Below, one piece after another: positions 19,094 through 27,572 of a stretch of DNA of 64,000 nt; the first letter of the stretch is position 1, and every line of letters starts with the position of its first letter. The position numbers were made by a program, and so were the translations under genes. The DNA is from an uncultured bacterium. Its GTDB lineage: Bacteria > Patescibacteriota > Patescibacteriia > Patescibacteriales > UBA12465. The notes under the pieces are model-generated. The model did not search any database. It was not told the origin of the DNA and saw only the letters and a program-made list of their open reading frames with translations. Location of the stretch: contig OW818634.1 in NCBI GenBank assembly GCA_942492765.1, positions 793,159 through 857,158 of the forward strand. Direction: 5' to 3'.

Positions 19094-19165
19094 TAGCCCC
19101 TAGGGGAATCGAACCCCTATTACCAGGATGAGAACCTGGCGTCCTAACCGTTAGACGAAAGGGCC
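19094..19165 (-). tRNA. tRNA-Glu (anticodon CUC)
   Basis: Acceptor ggccctt/aggggct (G1-U72), D-loop tctaacggttag, anticodon stem ccagg/cctgg with loop uuCUCau, T-loop ttcgatt; 5' part overlaps the fmt stop region. Confidence 0.85.
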
Positions 19166-20091
19166 TTATAGCCGTTGATGAACTCGTCGGCGTTCATTAT
19201 CCTTTTTCCAGCTAGCTGTAATTTTAATACAACTAAAGCATTTTGTCTACACTGGAGCAGCAGGCGTTCGTCGTCGAGGAATAATTGGCCCGGCTCGGCC
19301 TTATTTATTCCCGCCACCTCATGTTCGACCGCTATAATCTTGAGAGTTTCACCGTTTATTCCCGTGTAAGTTCCGGGCCAAGGATTATAAGCGCGGATCA
19401 TCCTCTCTATTTCAACTGCGCTCTTATTGAAATCGATGCGCCCGTCTTCTTTTTTCAAAGTCTTGATATAACTGGCTTGCGTTTCATCTTGAGCTTGCGG
19501 CTTGATCTTGCCGTCAACGAAATCAAGCAAGGTCGGCACGAGCTGGCTAGCGCCTAATTCTGCCAGCTGGTCATGAACATCCTCTAGGGTTTCTGAACCG
19601 CTTAATTCCATTTTAGCTTGCCGTAATATCGGCCCAGTGTCAAGACCGGCCTCCATTATCATTATTGTCACTCCGGTTTCCTCGTCGCCGTTTAAGATTG
19701 GCGCGTTCAAGCAGGCTGCCCCGCGATATTTAGGCAAGAGGGAAGCATGGACATTAACGCAGCCGAAAGTCGGAATATCCAGAATCTCCTGCGGAATTAT
19801 TTTTCCATAAGCGATGACGACTATCAGGTCTGGCTTCAAGCTTCTTATCGTCTCTGCCTCCGGGCGGATCTTTTCCGGCTGGAAGATTTTGATATTATTC
19901 TTCAGGGCTAATTCCTTGACCGGCGGCGGAGTCAGGAGCTGCTTGCGCCCGACCGGCTTATCCGGTTGAGTAAAGACACCGACGATTTCGAATTCGGGCG
20001 CGGCGATCAAACGGCTCAACCCGGGGCAGGCGAACTCGGGCGTGCCCATGAAGATGGCGCGGATATTTTTATTTTTCGGGCTGATGGACAT
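19144..20091 (-). CDS. fmt: Methionyl-tRNA formyltransferase
   Basis: IFMGTPEFA, NVHASLLPKYRGAA, C-terminal Fmt domain; last 7 codons plus the stop codon lie inside tRNA-Glu. Confidence 0.92.
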   Translation of the reverse strand: MSISPKNKNIRAIFMGTPEFACPGLSRLIAAPEFEIVGVFTQPDKPVGRKQLLTPPPVKELALKNNIKIFQPEKIRPEAETIRSLKPDLIVVIAYGKIIPQEILDIPTFGCVNVHASLLPKYRGAACLNAPILNGDEETGVTIMIMEAGLDTGPILRQAKMELSGSETLEDVHDQLAELGASQLVPTLLDFVDGKIKPQAQDETQASYIKTLKKEDGRIDFNKSAVEIERMIRAYNPWPGTYTGINGETLKIIAVEHEVAGINKAEPGQLFLDDERLLLQCRQNALVVLKLQLAGKRIMNADEFINGYKALSSNG

Positions 20092-20122
20092 AAGGAGAAA
20101 ATTAATGATATATTAAGATTAT

Positions 20123-20764
20123 ATGTTTTCTAATCTTATCGAATGGATATTGAATATTACTCAGGGCCTCGGTTATTTCGGGGTCGTGATTTTAATGGCG
20201 ATTGAAAGCTCTTTCCTGCCGTTGCCCTCTGAAATCATCATCCCGCCGGCCGCTTATCTGGCTAGCCAAGGCAAGATGAATCTGATGCTTATAATTGTCG
20301 CCGGAACCTTGGGCAGTATGATCGGGGCGGCTGTCAATTATTTTCTGTCCTTATACTTGGGGCGTCTAGTCGTCTATAAATTGGCCGGCACGCGCGCCGC
20401 TAGATTCGTTCTTATTACTCCGGAAAAGATTGCGCGGGTAGAGGCCTATTTCCTCTCTAATTCTAAATCAGCTACTTTTTTCGGGCGCCTCATCCCGGTC
20501 GTTCGCCATCTGATATCTATCCCGGCCGGTTTTTGCCGCATGCCTTTCGGATCCTTTATGCTTTATACTGCCCTCGGCGCTTTCATCTGGGTCAGTATCT
20601 TGTCGGCTCTCGGCTATCTCGTCGGCGCGAACCAGGCGCTGCTCCTGAAATACTATAAGGAAATATATTGGACCTTGCTCGCTCTCGGCATCGTTTGGAT
20701 AGCTTGGAAATTCCGGAAATGGCGGAGCCAGAAAAACAACAGAACGCCAGCCAGTCTTATCTAG
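20123..20764 (+). CDS. DedA/SNARE-associated family membrane protein
   Basis: GYFGVVILMAIESSFLPLPSEII and GRLIPVVRHLISIPAG motifs. Confidence 0.85.
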   Translation: MFSNLIEWILNITQGLGYFGVVILMAIESSFLPLPSEIIIPPAAYLASQGKMNLMLIIVAGTLGSMIGAAVNYFLSLYLGRLVVYKLAGTRAARFVLITPEKIARVEAYFLSNSKSATFFGRLIPVVRHLISIPAGFCRMPFGSFMLYTALGAFIWVSILSALGYLVGANQALLLKYYKEIYWTLLALGIVWIAWKFRKWRSQKNNRTPASLI

Positions 20765-20770
20765 AGCGGC

Positions 20771-21241
20771 TTATTTGACGAGCTTATCGATGAAGAGGAC
20801 TCCGTCCAGATGATCAAGCTCGTGTTGGATAATGCGCGACATAATCTTGTCAGCGCTTATTTTTTTAGCCCGGCCTTTTTCGTCTAAGTAAGCGCAATTG
20901 ACTTTCTTGTGGCGTTCGACGCGTCCGTAGATAATTTCGCCTTTCTTATCGAGCACTGATAAGCAGCCCTCTTCTTCGATTTCTTTTGCCCACGATCTCT
21001 TAGTGATTTTGGGGTTGATCATGAAGAAGACCTTGTCGTTATGATGAATCACGACGGCGCGGATATTATGCCCGATCTGCGGCGCGGCTAAGCCGGCGCC
21101 GTCTTTTTTTATCATCGTCTCTTTCATGTCAGCTAAAAGTTCCCGAAAATCAGGATGTTCTATCTTTTTCGGGTCGACCTTATCGGAGATCCGGCGCAGG
21201 ATCGGATTCGGGTTGATGAGTATTGGTAGTTGCTTAGGCAT
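20771..21241 (-). CDS. def: Peptide deformylase
   Basis: GAGLAAPQIG, EEGCLS, HELDHLDG metal-site motifs. Confidence 0.93.
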   Translation of the reverse strand: MPKQLPILINPNPILRRISDKVDPKKIEHPDFRELLADMKETMIKKDGAGLAAPQIGHNIRAVVIHHNDKVFFMINPKITKRSWAKEIEEEGCLSVLDKKGEIIYGRVERHKKVNCAYLDEKGRAKKISADKIMSRIIQHELDHLDGVLFIDKLVK

Positions 21242-21245
21242 ATGA

Positions 21246-21491
21246 TTATTTTTGGTCGATTATCTTAAAAAAATATTTCCAGCGCGCCCCAGTCTTGCAT
21301 AGTTCTTTCGTGTCGTTGAGTGCGATCTCTATCTGGTTGGCTGGCTTTTCTTTGCAGACCTTGAAAACCGCTCCGCGCTTGAAGCCGGGGATGCCGAGAT
21401 CTCTGATTATTCGCAAAGCTAAATCCTGCCAGGGATAGGCCGGCGGCTTGACGGTCTTGCGATTCTTTAAGATGTCTGCGAGGGCGTCCAT
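21246..21491 (-). CDS. Hypothetical protein
   Basis: 81-aa ORF in operon position between the LigB-like gene and def; no motif recognised. Confidence 0.45.
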   Translation of the reverse strand: MDALADILKNRKTVKPPAYPWQDLALRIIRDLGIPGFKRGAVFKVCKEKPANQIEIALNDTKELCKTGARWKYFFKIIDQK

Positions 21492-22285
21492 AGTTTAAAA
21501 TTCATAGCGAGATAACCGATGCCGAAATCCGTCTGGTAAGACAGGACTTCCGGCTGCCATTTAGAGCCGTTCACGACTCCGAGCAGGATGAGGAGCGGGC
21601 GCAAGCCGCATTCGCCGGCGTCGCTTATCAGCTTAGCGTCCATCTTTAGGATATTTTCTGAAGCACTTTCCGGATCACTCAGGTATTCTATCAGCTTATT
21701 GTCGAATTTGGCGCCCTTAGGAGAATAGCCTCCTGGAGATTTCTTCTTTAATCGATGTGATAAGTCGCCAGAAGCGATCAGGGCGATATTTTTATCGTTA
21801 GCCATGAGCACGGCTCGCAACTTTTCGCCGAAACGCCATTGATCTTCCAGACTGAGGCTGCCGTTCGGAGAGATGACGATTATCTTGGCCGATCCGCAAG
21901 CATCCTTAAGAAGGTATAGGGGGATGGCGCTGCCATGGTCCAAGATAGTCTCCGAAACTAATTGCAGGGAAAACTCGGGGCGGAGAGCGTTAGTGATCTG
22001 ATCGGCCAAGAAGGCGTCTCCGGTAAGCACAGTCTTGGGAGGAATGAAACCGAAGTCCTTGAGGTTTATTTCCATTTCCGGAGCGACGTTAAGAACGAAA
22101 GAATCGGCTTGCGGCGCGCTATGCGGGCTGACTATTATGATAGTATCGACCGGGTTGGCCTTCAGGGCATTTCTTATCTCCTCATAAGCCGCCACGGTTT
22201 TAGCCAGAAAATTATAATTAGCCCGGCCGATTTCCGGGATTAATAAGGGAGAATGGGGAAGCAGAGCGACAGTTGTCAGAGCCAT
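21467..22285 (-). CDS. Class III extradiol dioxygenase-fold (LigB/MEMO-like) protein
   Basis: ALLPHSPLL N-terminus and IASGDLSHRL resemble the LigB/MEMO superfamily. Confidence 0.5.
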   Translation of the reverse strand: MALTTVALLPHSPLLIPEIGRANYNFLAKTVAAYEEIRNALKANPVDTIIIVSPHSAPQADSFVLNVAPEMEINLKDFGFIPPKTVLTGDAFLADQITNALRPEFSLQLVSETILDHGSAIPLYLLKDACGSAKIIVISPNGSLSLEDQWRFGEKLRAVLMANDKNIALIASGDLSHRLKKKSPGGYSPKGAKFDNKLIEYLSDPESASENILKMDAKLISDAGECGLRPLLILLGVVNGSKWQPEVLSYQTDFGIGYLAMNFKLWTPSQTS

Positions 22286-22420
22286 AAATTTAGGATTTTA
22301 GGTATTTTTAGTATAGTATTATTTAGCTTTTTAGGGAAGTTGACTTTTTTCTTAATTTGTTGCAAGATATTGTTATTAAATTGTGTTGATTTTGATATAG
22401 TACGTTTAAAGAAAGGAGGA

Positions 22421-22699
22421 ATGATGGAAAATAATCAAAGACAGGATTTTTGGGCAGGCATGCCCATAAATATATTGGAGAATCATCAAGTAATTGATAG
22501 GGCTGTAGTCCTTGATATCAAGGACAAAAGAATTACGATTAAAAGCTTGCAGCTCTTTCCCAAAGAAACGTCTCAATTCGTCCAGGTTGGCGAAGAGGAC
22601 GGGAAAATATCTTGGGCTCTGATAGGCGAAGGAGCGTTTGGCGAGCCTTGTTTCAGCGAACGGGCGCCATTTTATACGATGGTCAAAGCACGCGTCTAA
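22421..22699 (+). CDS. Hypothetical protein
   Basis: Start placed at ATG 22421, preceded by AAAGGAGGA; the track start at 22253 would run antisense into the neighbouring gene. Confidence 0.45.
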   Translation: MMENNQRQDFWAGMPINILENHQVIDRAVVLDIKDKRITIKSLQLFPKETSQFVQVGEEDGKISWALIGEGAFGEPCFSERAPFYTMVKARV

Positions 22700-22720
22700 A
22701 TTCCATGCTCATTAAAAAAA

Positions 22721-22746
22721 AGCCCAGCTTACGTTGGGCTTTTTAT
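22721..22746. terminator. Bidirectional terminator
   Basis: agcccagc-ttac-gttgggct hairpin flanked by A-run and T-run. Confidence 0.7.
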
Positions 22747-22766
22747 TATTCCTCGCCAATCTTTTA

Positions 22767-24296
22767 TTATTGAATGCTTTCACCCATGTCGTAATTATAT
22801 AAGAATTTTGAGGAGACGGTCAGGACGTTGAGCGGGTTATAGCCTAAAGTAGAGAAGGCGGCGTCGGTCGCAAAGGGGCGCTTCTTGCCGTTAGAGATCA
22901 GATAGATCGTCGGGAAAGTATCGGTTCGGACGAGCGTACCCTCGTCGAGCAGTATCGGAGTCGTCGTGGCATAAACCTTCAATTCCTTGGTAGTCTTCTT
23001 CACGATTTTTTTGCCCGTGAATTTTATATCGAGCAAGACCTTGTCGACTAGAGCGCGCGTGCCATTCTCGACATAGAATATTTCGGCAGTCTTAGAGTCT
23101 TGAAAGAGAACTCCGGTTATGTAGGTCGAAGTGGCAGTGATAGTCTTGCCAGCTACGTAGCCCGCCAAATCTTCGATAGTGGCCTCTTCGATCTCTTCCG
23201 GATTGAAGCCGATCTTTTTGAAGACCGCGGTCGAAGCGATTAGGCGTTTTTCTTTGTCGACGAGCAGATATATCTTTTTATCCGGCGTCCGGACGATAGA
23301 GTAATTCGCGAATTTTATCTCGCTGCCGAGCGGATAATTATCTAGGTCGGCGGTCGTGACGTTAACTATCTGTTCCGGCCGGAAGCGGGAGGCGAAAGAT
23401 GACCAATTAGCGAAAGGACGCTTGGTGCCGCCAGAAATCAGCCAGACCTTAGGATCGCCTTCGGCTTTGATGATCGAACCGTCCGGATATAGGCGCGAGA
23501 CTTTCGGGAAATAAGTATTCCAGAGCTTATAGGTATTATAATTGCCGTTGAAGACGTGCGGCGTGTAATTATATAAAGCGGCAGTCGCTAGATTTTCCGG
23601 AGTGACGCTAACGTGGTCCGGAGAAGCCATGATTGTGTTATAATCTCCATCGTTTATGGCTTTAGCTACCGGTTTTAAGATGCCGTATTTATCTTTAGCG
23701 ATATAGGTCTGGCCGACTTTAAAGCTATAACGTTCCGGCTCTTTCAGGTAGGCTAAGAATTGCAGAGAGGCGCTATTAACCTGTTTGCCAAAGCCCTTAT
23801 AATAAGGATTGCAGACCCAACTGTCGGGGCAGCCGTATCCGGTCGCCCAATCAAGATGAGATTGAGCCGGGGAGCTATCAGTGACTAGGCTCGCTTCTTT
23901 CTGAAGCAGAACGAGCAGGAATTTAGGATTAACGGTCGTTATCTGGCGGCATTTCGCTTTTTTTTCCGCTTCGGTCGGCGTATCGCTTAAAGTCACGCCT
24001 TCGCAATCGTAATTATTATGAGTCGCGTCATATATTATCTGGGCCGCGCTCCTGGTATCGCCGTGCGTGTTCAGGGTACTGTAATTAGCGAGGTAGCTGC
24101 CCTTATTATTAAGGAAGTTCTGGATCTCCGGCAGGCCCATAGAATTACAATTGAGCATTTCGCCATCTTCCAGGATGCGGTTCGGGTTGAAAGTCGCGTC
24201 GATATCGCTTTGCGCTTTGGCTAATAACGGCAAAAGACAGAAGATGAGCGCGCTTAAGCCAATCAAGTTGGCTTTGATAGGTTTGGTATTTTTCAT
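22767..24296 (-). CDS. Secreted protein with four C-terminal ~55-aa repeats
   Basis: Signal peptide (..LLAKAQS); Cys-containing N-terminal domain; C-terminal repeats with recurring (I/V)(Y/W)L(I/V)..G.KRPF...F...G(F/Y)NP pattern. Confidence 0.6.
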   Translation of the reverse strand: MKNTKPIKANLIGLSALIFCLLPLLAKAQSDIDATFNPNRILEDGEMLNCNSMGLPEIQNFLNNKGSYLANYSTLNTHGDTRSAAQIIYDATHNNYDCEGVTLSDTPTEAEKKAKCRQITTVNPKFLLVLLQKEASLVTDSSPAQSHLDWATGYGCPDSWVCNPYYKGFGKQVNSASLQFLAYLKEPERYSFKVGQTYIAKDKYGILKPVAKAINDGDYNTIMASPDHVSVTPENLATAALYNYTPHVFNGNYNTYKLWNTYFPKVSRLYPDGSIIKAEGDPKVWLISGGTKRPFANWSSFASRFRPEQIVNVTTADLDNYPLGSEIKFANYSIVRTPDKKIYLLVDKEKRLIASTAVFKKIGFNPEEIEEATIEDLAGYVAGKTITATSTYITGVLFQDSKTAEIFYVENGTRALVDKVLLDIKFTGKKIVKKTTKELKVYATTTPILLDEGTLVRTDTFPTIYLISNGKKRPFATDAAFSTLGYNPLNVLTVSSKFLYNYDMGESIQ

Positions 24297-24362
24297 ATTT
24301 TAAAATTATACTATAATTTTTGATTTTCTCCAAAATGTAGGTCGCTCAATCGTTAATATTAC

Positions 24363-24390
24363 AAAAAATCCCGCTAGTGCGGGATTTTTT
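24363..24390. terminator. Terminator downstream of clpB (hairpin readable on both strands)
   Basis: aaaatcccgc-tagt-gcgggatttt perfect hairpin. Confidence 0.75.
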
Positions 24391-24408
24391 AGAAGCAGTG
24401 AAGCTGTC

Positions 24409-27048
24409 TTATCCATTAACCTTGAGAAGTATATTTTCTTTCTCGCCCAGGTCGATCTTAACCTTGTCGCCATCCTTGATCTTGCCTTCAATTATTTCCA
24501 TAGCGAGCTCGTCGAGGATCATAGTCTGGATGATGCGCTTGAGCGGCCGGGCGCCATAAGTGATATCATAGCCTTTTTCGGCCAGCATCTTCTTGACCTT
24601 CGGGCCGACTTTGACGCTGATATTCTTATTGCTTAAGCGCTTTTCAACCTTAGCCAGCTCTAATTCGACGATCTTCTCCAGCGCTTCCGGAGTCAGGCTT
24701 TCGAAGAGGACGATCTCGTCAATGCGGTTTAAGAATTCCAGCTTGAAATGATTCTTCAGGATCTTATCGATCTTCTCCTTCATTTCAGCAGTGCGGAGTT
24801 TCTTCTCCTGTTTCTTGTCGCCGTTATCGCTGAAGCCGATAGAGTATTGCTTGATGATTTCATTACCGAGATTGGAAGTCATGATGATGATAGTGTTCTT
24901 GAAATTGACGACGCGGCCCTTAGAATCAGTCAGGCGGCCGTCGTCTAATATCTGCAAGAGCATATTGAACATATCCGGATGCGCTTTCTCGATCTCGTCG
25001 AAGAGGACGACGCTGTAAGGATGGCGGCGAACCTTGTCGGTCAGCTGTCCGCCCTCGTCGTGGCCGATATAGCCGGGAGGCGAACCGATCAGCTTGGCGA
25101 CGCTGTGCTTTTCCATGTATTCGCTCATGTCTAAGCGGATCAAAGCTTTCTCGTCATCGAACATGAAGCGGGCCAGGGTTTTCGCGAGCTCGGTCTTGCC
25201 GACGCCGGTCGGGCCGACGAAGAGGAAAGAGCCGATCGGCTTCTTCTCTTCATTGATGCCGGCGCGGCTGCGGCGCAGGGCGCTGGCGATCGCTTTGATC
25301 GCTTCTTCTTGGCCGACGACCTCATGATTCAATTCGGTTTCCGCAGAACTTAATTTTTGGATGTCGTCCTGAAGCATGCGGTTGACCGGGATGCCGGTCC
25401 AGCGAGCGACGACTTTGGCGACATCTTCTTCGTCGACCTCCTCCTTCAATATGCGCTGGCCTTTCTTCTGGATCTTGACCAGCTCTTCTTGGAATTTTTT
25501 AGATTTATTCTCCAATTCCGGAATCAGGCCGTATTTTATCTTGGCGACCTCGGTCAGGTCGGCGCCTTGGCGTTGCGCAATCTCCGCCTTGATCTTCAGG
25601 TCCTCGATCTCTTTCTTGGAAGTGCGGATATGGGAGATGATATTCTTTTCATTATTCCAATGCAGTTCTAGCTGGTCGGCTTTTTCTTTCAGTTTCGCCA
25701 GTTCGACATTAAGCGTTCGGATCTTCGAAGATTTCTTGTCAGTCGTCATTAGGCCCGCTTTGTTCAATTCTAACTGGTTTATCTTTCTCTTTAATTGATC
25801 AAGCTCATCCGGCATGGAGTCTATTTCCATGCGGAGCGATGAGGTCGCTTCGTCGATCAGATCGACAGCTTTATCAGGCAAGGCGCGGTCGCTGATATAG
25901 CGGTTAGATAATTTAGCGGCGGCGATGAGGGCGTTGTCAGTGATACGGACGCCGTGATGGACTTCATATTTTTCTTTCAGGCCGCGCAGCATGCTGATCG
26001 TGTCTTCGACGCTCGGCTCGTTGACCATGATCGGCTGGAAGCGGCGTTCTAGAGCCGCGTCCTTCTCGATATATTTCTGGTATTCCTTGGTTGTGGTCGC
26101 GCCGATAGTGCGGAGTTCGCCGCGGGCAAGCGCCGGCTTCAGCATGTTCGAAGCGTCCATTGAACCCTCGGAAGCGCCGGCGCCGATGAGGGTATGGAGC
26201 TCATCAATAAAGAGGATGATGCGGCCGCTCTGAGATTTTACTTCCTTTAAGACGGCCTTGAGGCGGTCTTCGAATTCGCCGCGGAATTTTGCGCCCGCGA
26301 CTAATGATCCTAGGTCTAAGGTGACGATTTCTTTATTTTTTAAGTTTTCCGGAACATCGCCGGCGACGATGCGCTGGGCCAACCCTTCGACGATAGCAGT
26401 CTTGCCCGTGCCGGCCTCGCCGATGAGCACTGGATTATTCTTAGTGCGGCGCAGGAGCACTTGCATGATGCGGCGTATTTCCTGATCGCGGCCAACGACC
26501 GGATCAAGCTTTTCTTGGCGCGCCAGTTCTGTCAGGTTAGTCGTATATTTTTCTAAGACCTTATATTTATTTTCTGGAGACGGATCAGTGATGGTCGTGC
26601 CGCCGCGCAATTCCTTCAAGACATTCTTGACGTTCTCATAATCGACTTTGAAATTGAGCAAAACGCTTTGCGCCGGAGAGGGAACGCCGATAAGAGCGGA
26701 GAAGATATGTTCGGTCGAGATATAGTCATCATTCATGCCGTCGGCTTCTTTTTGGGCGCGCTCTAATATCAAGGCAGTTTCGGCCGTGCCGGAGACAGCT
26801 TGAACCGGACCGTTATTCGGATTGATCTTGACGCGCGGCAATCGCTTGATTTCCTTGATCGTATATTCCTCGATTATTTCCGGGTCGATCTTCATTTTTT
26901 CTAAGATCGGCTTAACCAGGCCCTCGCTCTGCTGCAAGAGAGCTAATAATATATGCAGGGCCTCAATATTCGCTTGGCCGTAAGTGGAGGCGATGATCTG
27001 GGAATTGATGATCGCTTCTTGGGATTTTTCTGTTAATTTATTGAACAT
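24409..27048 (-). CDS. clpB: ATP-dependent chaperone ClpB
   Basis: Clp_N repeats; D1 GEAGTGKT / ILFIDELH; long coiled-coil middle domain; D2 GPTGVGKTE / [10 protein letters not shown]; 879 aa. Confidence 0.95.
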   Translation of the reverse strand: MFNKLTEKSQEAIINSQIIASTYGQANIEALHILLALLQQSEGLVKPILEKMKIDPEIIEEYTIKEIKRLPRVKINPNNGPVQAVSGTAETALILERAQKEADGMNDDYISTEHIFSALIGVPSPAQSVLLNFKVDYENVKNVLKELRGGTTITDPSPENKYKVLEKYTTNLTELARQEKLDPVVGRDQEIRRIMQVLLRRTKNNPVLIGEAGTGKTAIVEGLAQRIVAGDVPENLKNKEIVTLDLGSLVAGAKFRGEFEDRLKAVLKEVKSQSGRIILFIDELHTLIGAGASEGSMDASNMLKPALARGELRTIGATTTKEYQKYIEKDAALERRFQPIMVNEPSVEDTISMLRGLKEKYEVHHGVRITDNALIAAAKLSNRYISDRALPDKAVDLIDEATSSLRMEIDSMPDELDQLKRKINQLELNKAGLMTTDKKSSKIRTLNVELAKLKEKADQLELHWNNEKNIISHIRTSKKEIEDLKIKAEIAQRQGADLTEVAKIKYGLIPELENKSKKFQEELVKIQKKGQRILKEEVDEEDVAKVVARWTGIPVNRMLQDDIQKLSSAETELNHEVVGQEEAIKAIASALRRSRAGINEEKKPIGSFLFVGPTGVGKTELAKTLARFMFDDEKALIRLDMSEYMEKHSVAKLIGSPPGYIGHDEGGQLTDKVRRHPYSVVLFDEIEKAHPDMFNMLLQILDDGRLTDSKGRVVNFKNTIIIMTSNLGNEIIKQYSIGFSDNGDKKQEKKLRTAEMKEKIDKILKNHFKLEFLNRIDEIVLFESLTPEALEKIVELELAKVEKRLSNKNISVKVGPKVKKMLAEKGYDITYGARPLKRIIQTMILDELAMEIIEGKIKDGDKVKIDLGEKENILLKVNG

Positions 27049-27075
27049 ATATAGTATTTATATAAAAGCTTTATT

Positions 27076-27102
27076 TTAGCACTCTCATTATTAGAGTGCT
27101 AA
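27076..27102. promoter_or_regulatory. CIRCE element (HrcA operator)
   Basis: Perfect TTAGCACTC-N9-GAGTGCTAA, 28 nt upstream of the clpB start codon. Confidence 0.9.
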
Positions 27103-27106
27103 TTCT

Positions 27107-27135
27107 ATGATAATATAAGGAAGACAGCTTGTCAA
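27107..27135 (-). promoter_or_regulatory. Sigma70-type promoter of clpB
   Basis: Minus strand TTGACA - 17 nt - TATCAT, immediately upstream of CIRCE. Confidence 0.6.
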
Positions 27136-27150
27136 TTATCAAAAAAATTA

Positions 27151-27180
27151 TTGTCAATCAAATCTGAAACATGCTATTAT
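27151..27180 (+). promoter_or_regulatory. Candidate promoter for the 27200-32595 operon
   Basis: TTGTCA - 18 nt - TATTAT, 20 nt upstream of the ATG at 27200. Confidence 0.4.
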
Positions 27181-27199
27181 ATTAGAGTAAAAAAGGACT

Positions 27200-27568
27200 A
27201 TGTTAAATCATAATTTTCTCACTTATACCGGCAAGATTATCCTTCAGATTGCGGGAGAAATCTTATATTTCCCGGTCTGGTGGTATAGCGTCGGCTTTAT
27301 CCGGACAGTCAAAAGCGTCTTCCGTTTCTGGCGGGCGCGCGAGGAATCCTTAGGATTCAGCGTCTGGCTGAAGAATATCTTCGTGCCCATGTACGGCCAG
27401 CGCGATATGGCCAGCCGCATCATCAGTTTTGTCATGCGCTTCATCCAAATCATCTTCCGCGGCATTGTCTTATTGATATGGCTCGGCATCATCTTGGCGA
27501 TTCTTATTATCTGGCTGGTTTTCCCGATCCTGCTATTCTTAGGATTAGTCTTTCAATTGGCGAATTAA
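27200..27568 (+). CDS. Small multi-pass membrane protein
   Basis: 122 aa, hydrophobic N- and C-terminal helices; 4 nt upstream of the Clp paralogue. Confidence 0.5.
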   Translation: MLNHNFLTYTGKIILQIAGEILYFPVWWYSVGFIRTVKSVFRFWRAREESLGFSVWLKNIFVPMYGQRDMASRIISFVMRFIQIIFRGIVLLIWLGIILAILIIWLVFPILLFLGLVFQLAN

Positions 27569-27572
27569 AAAT

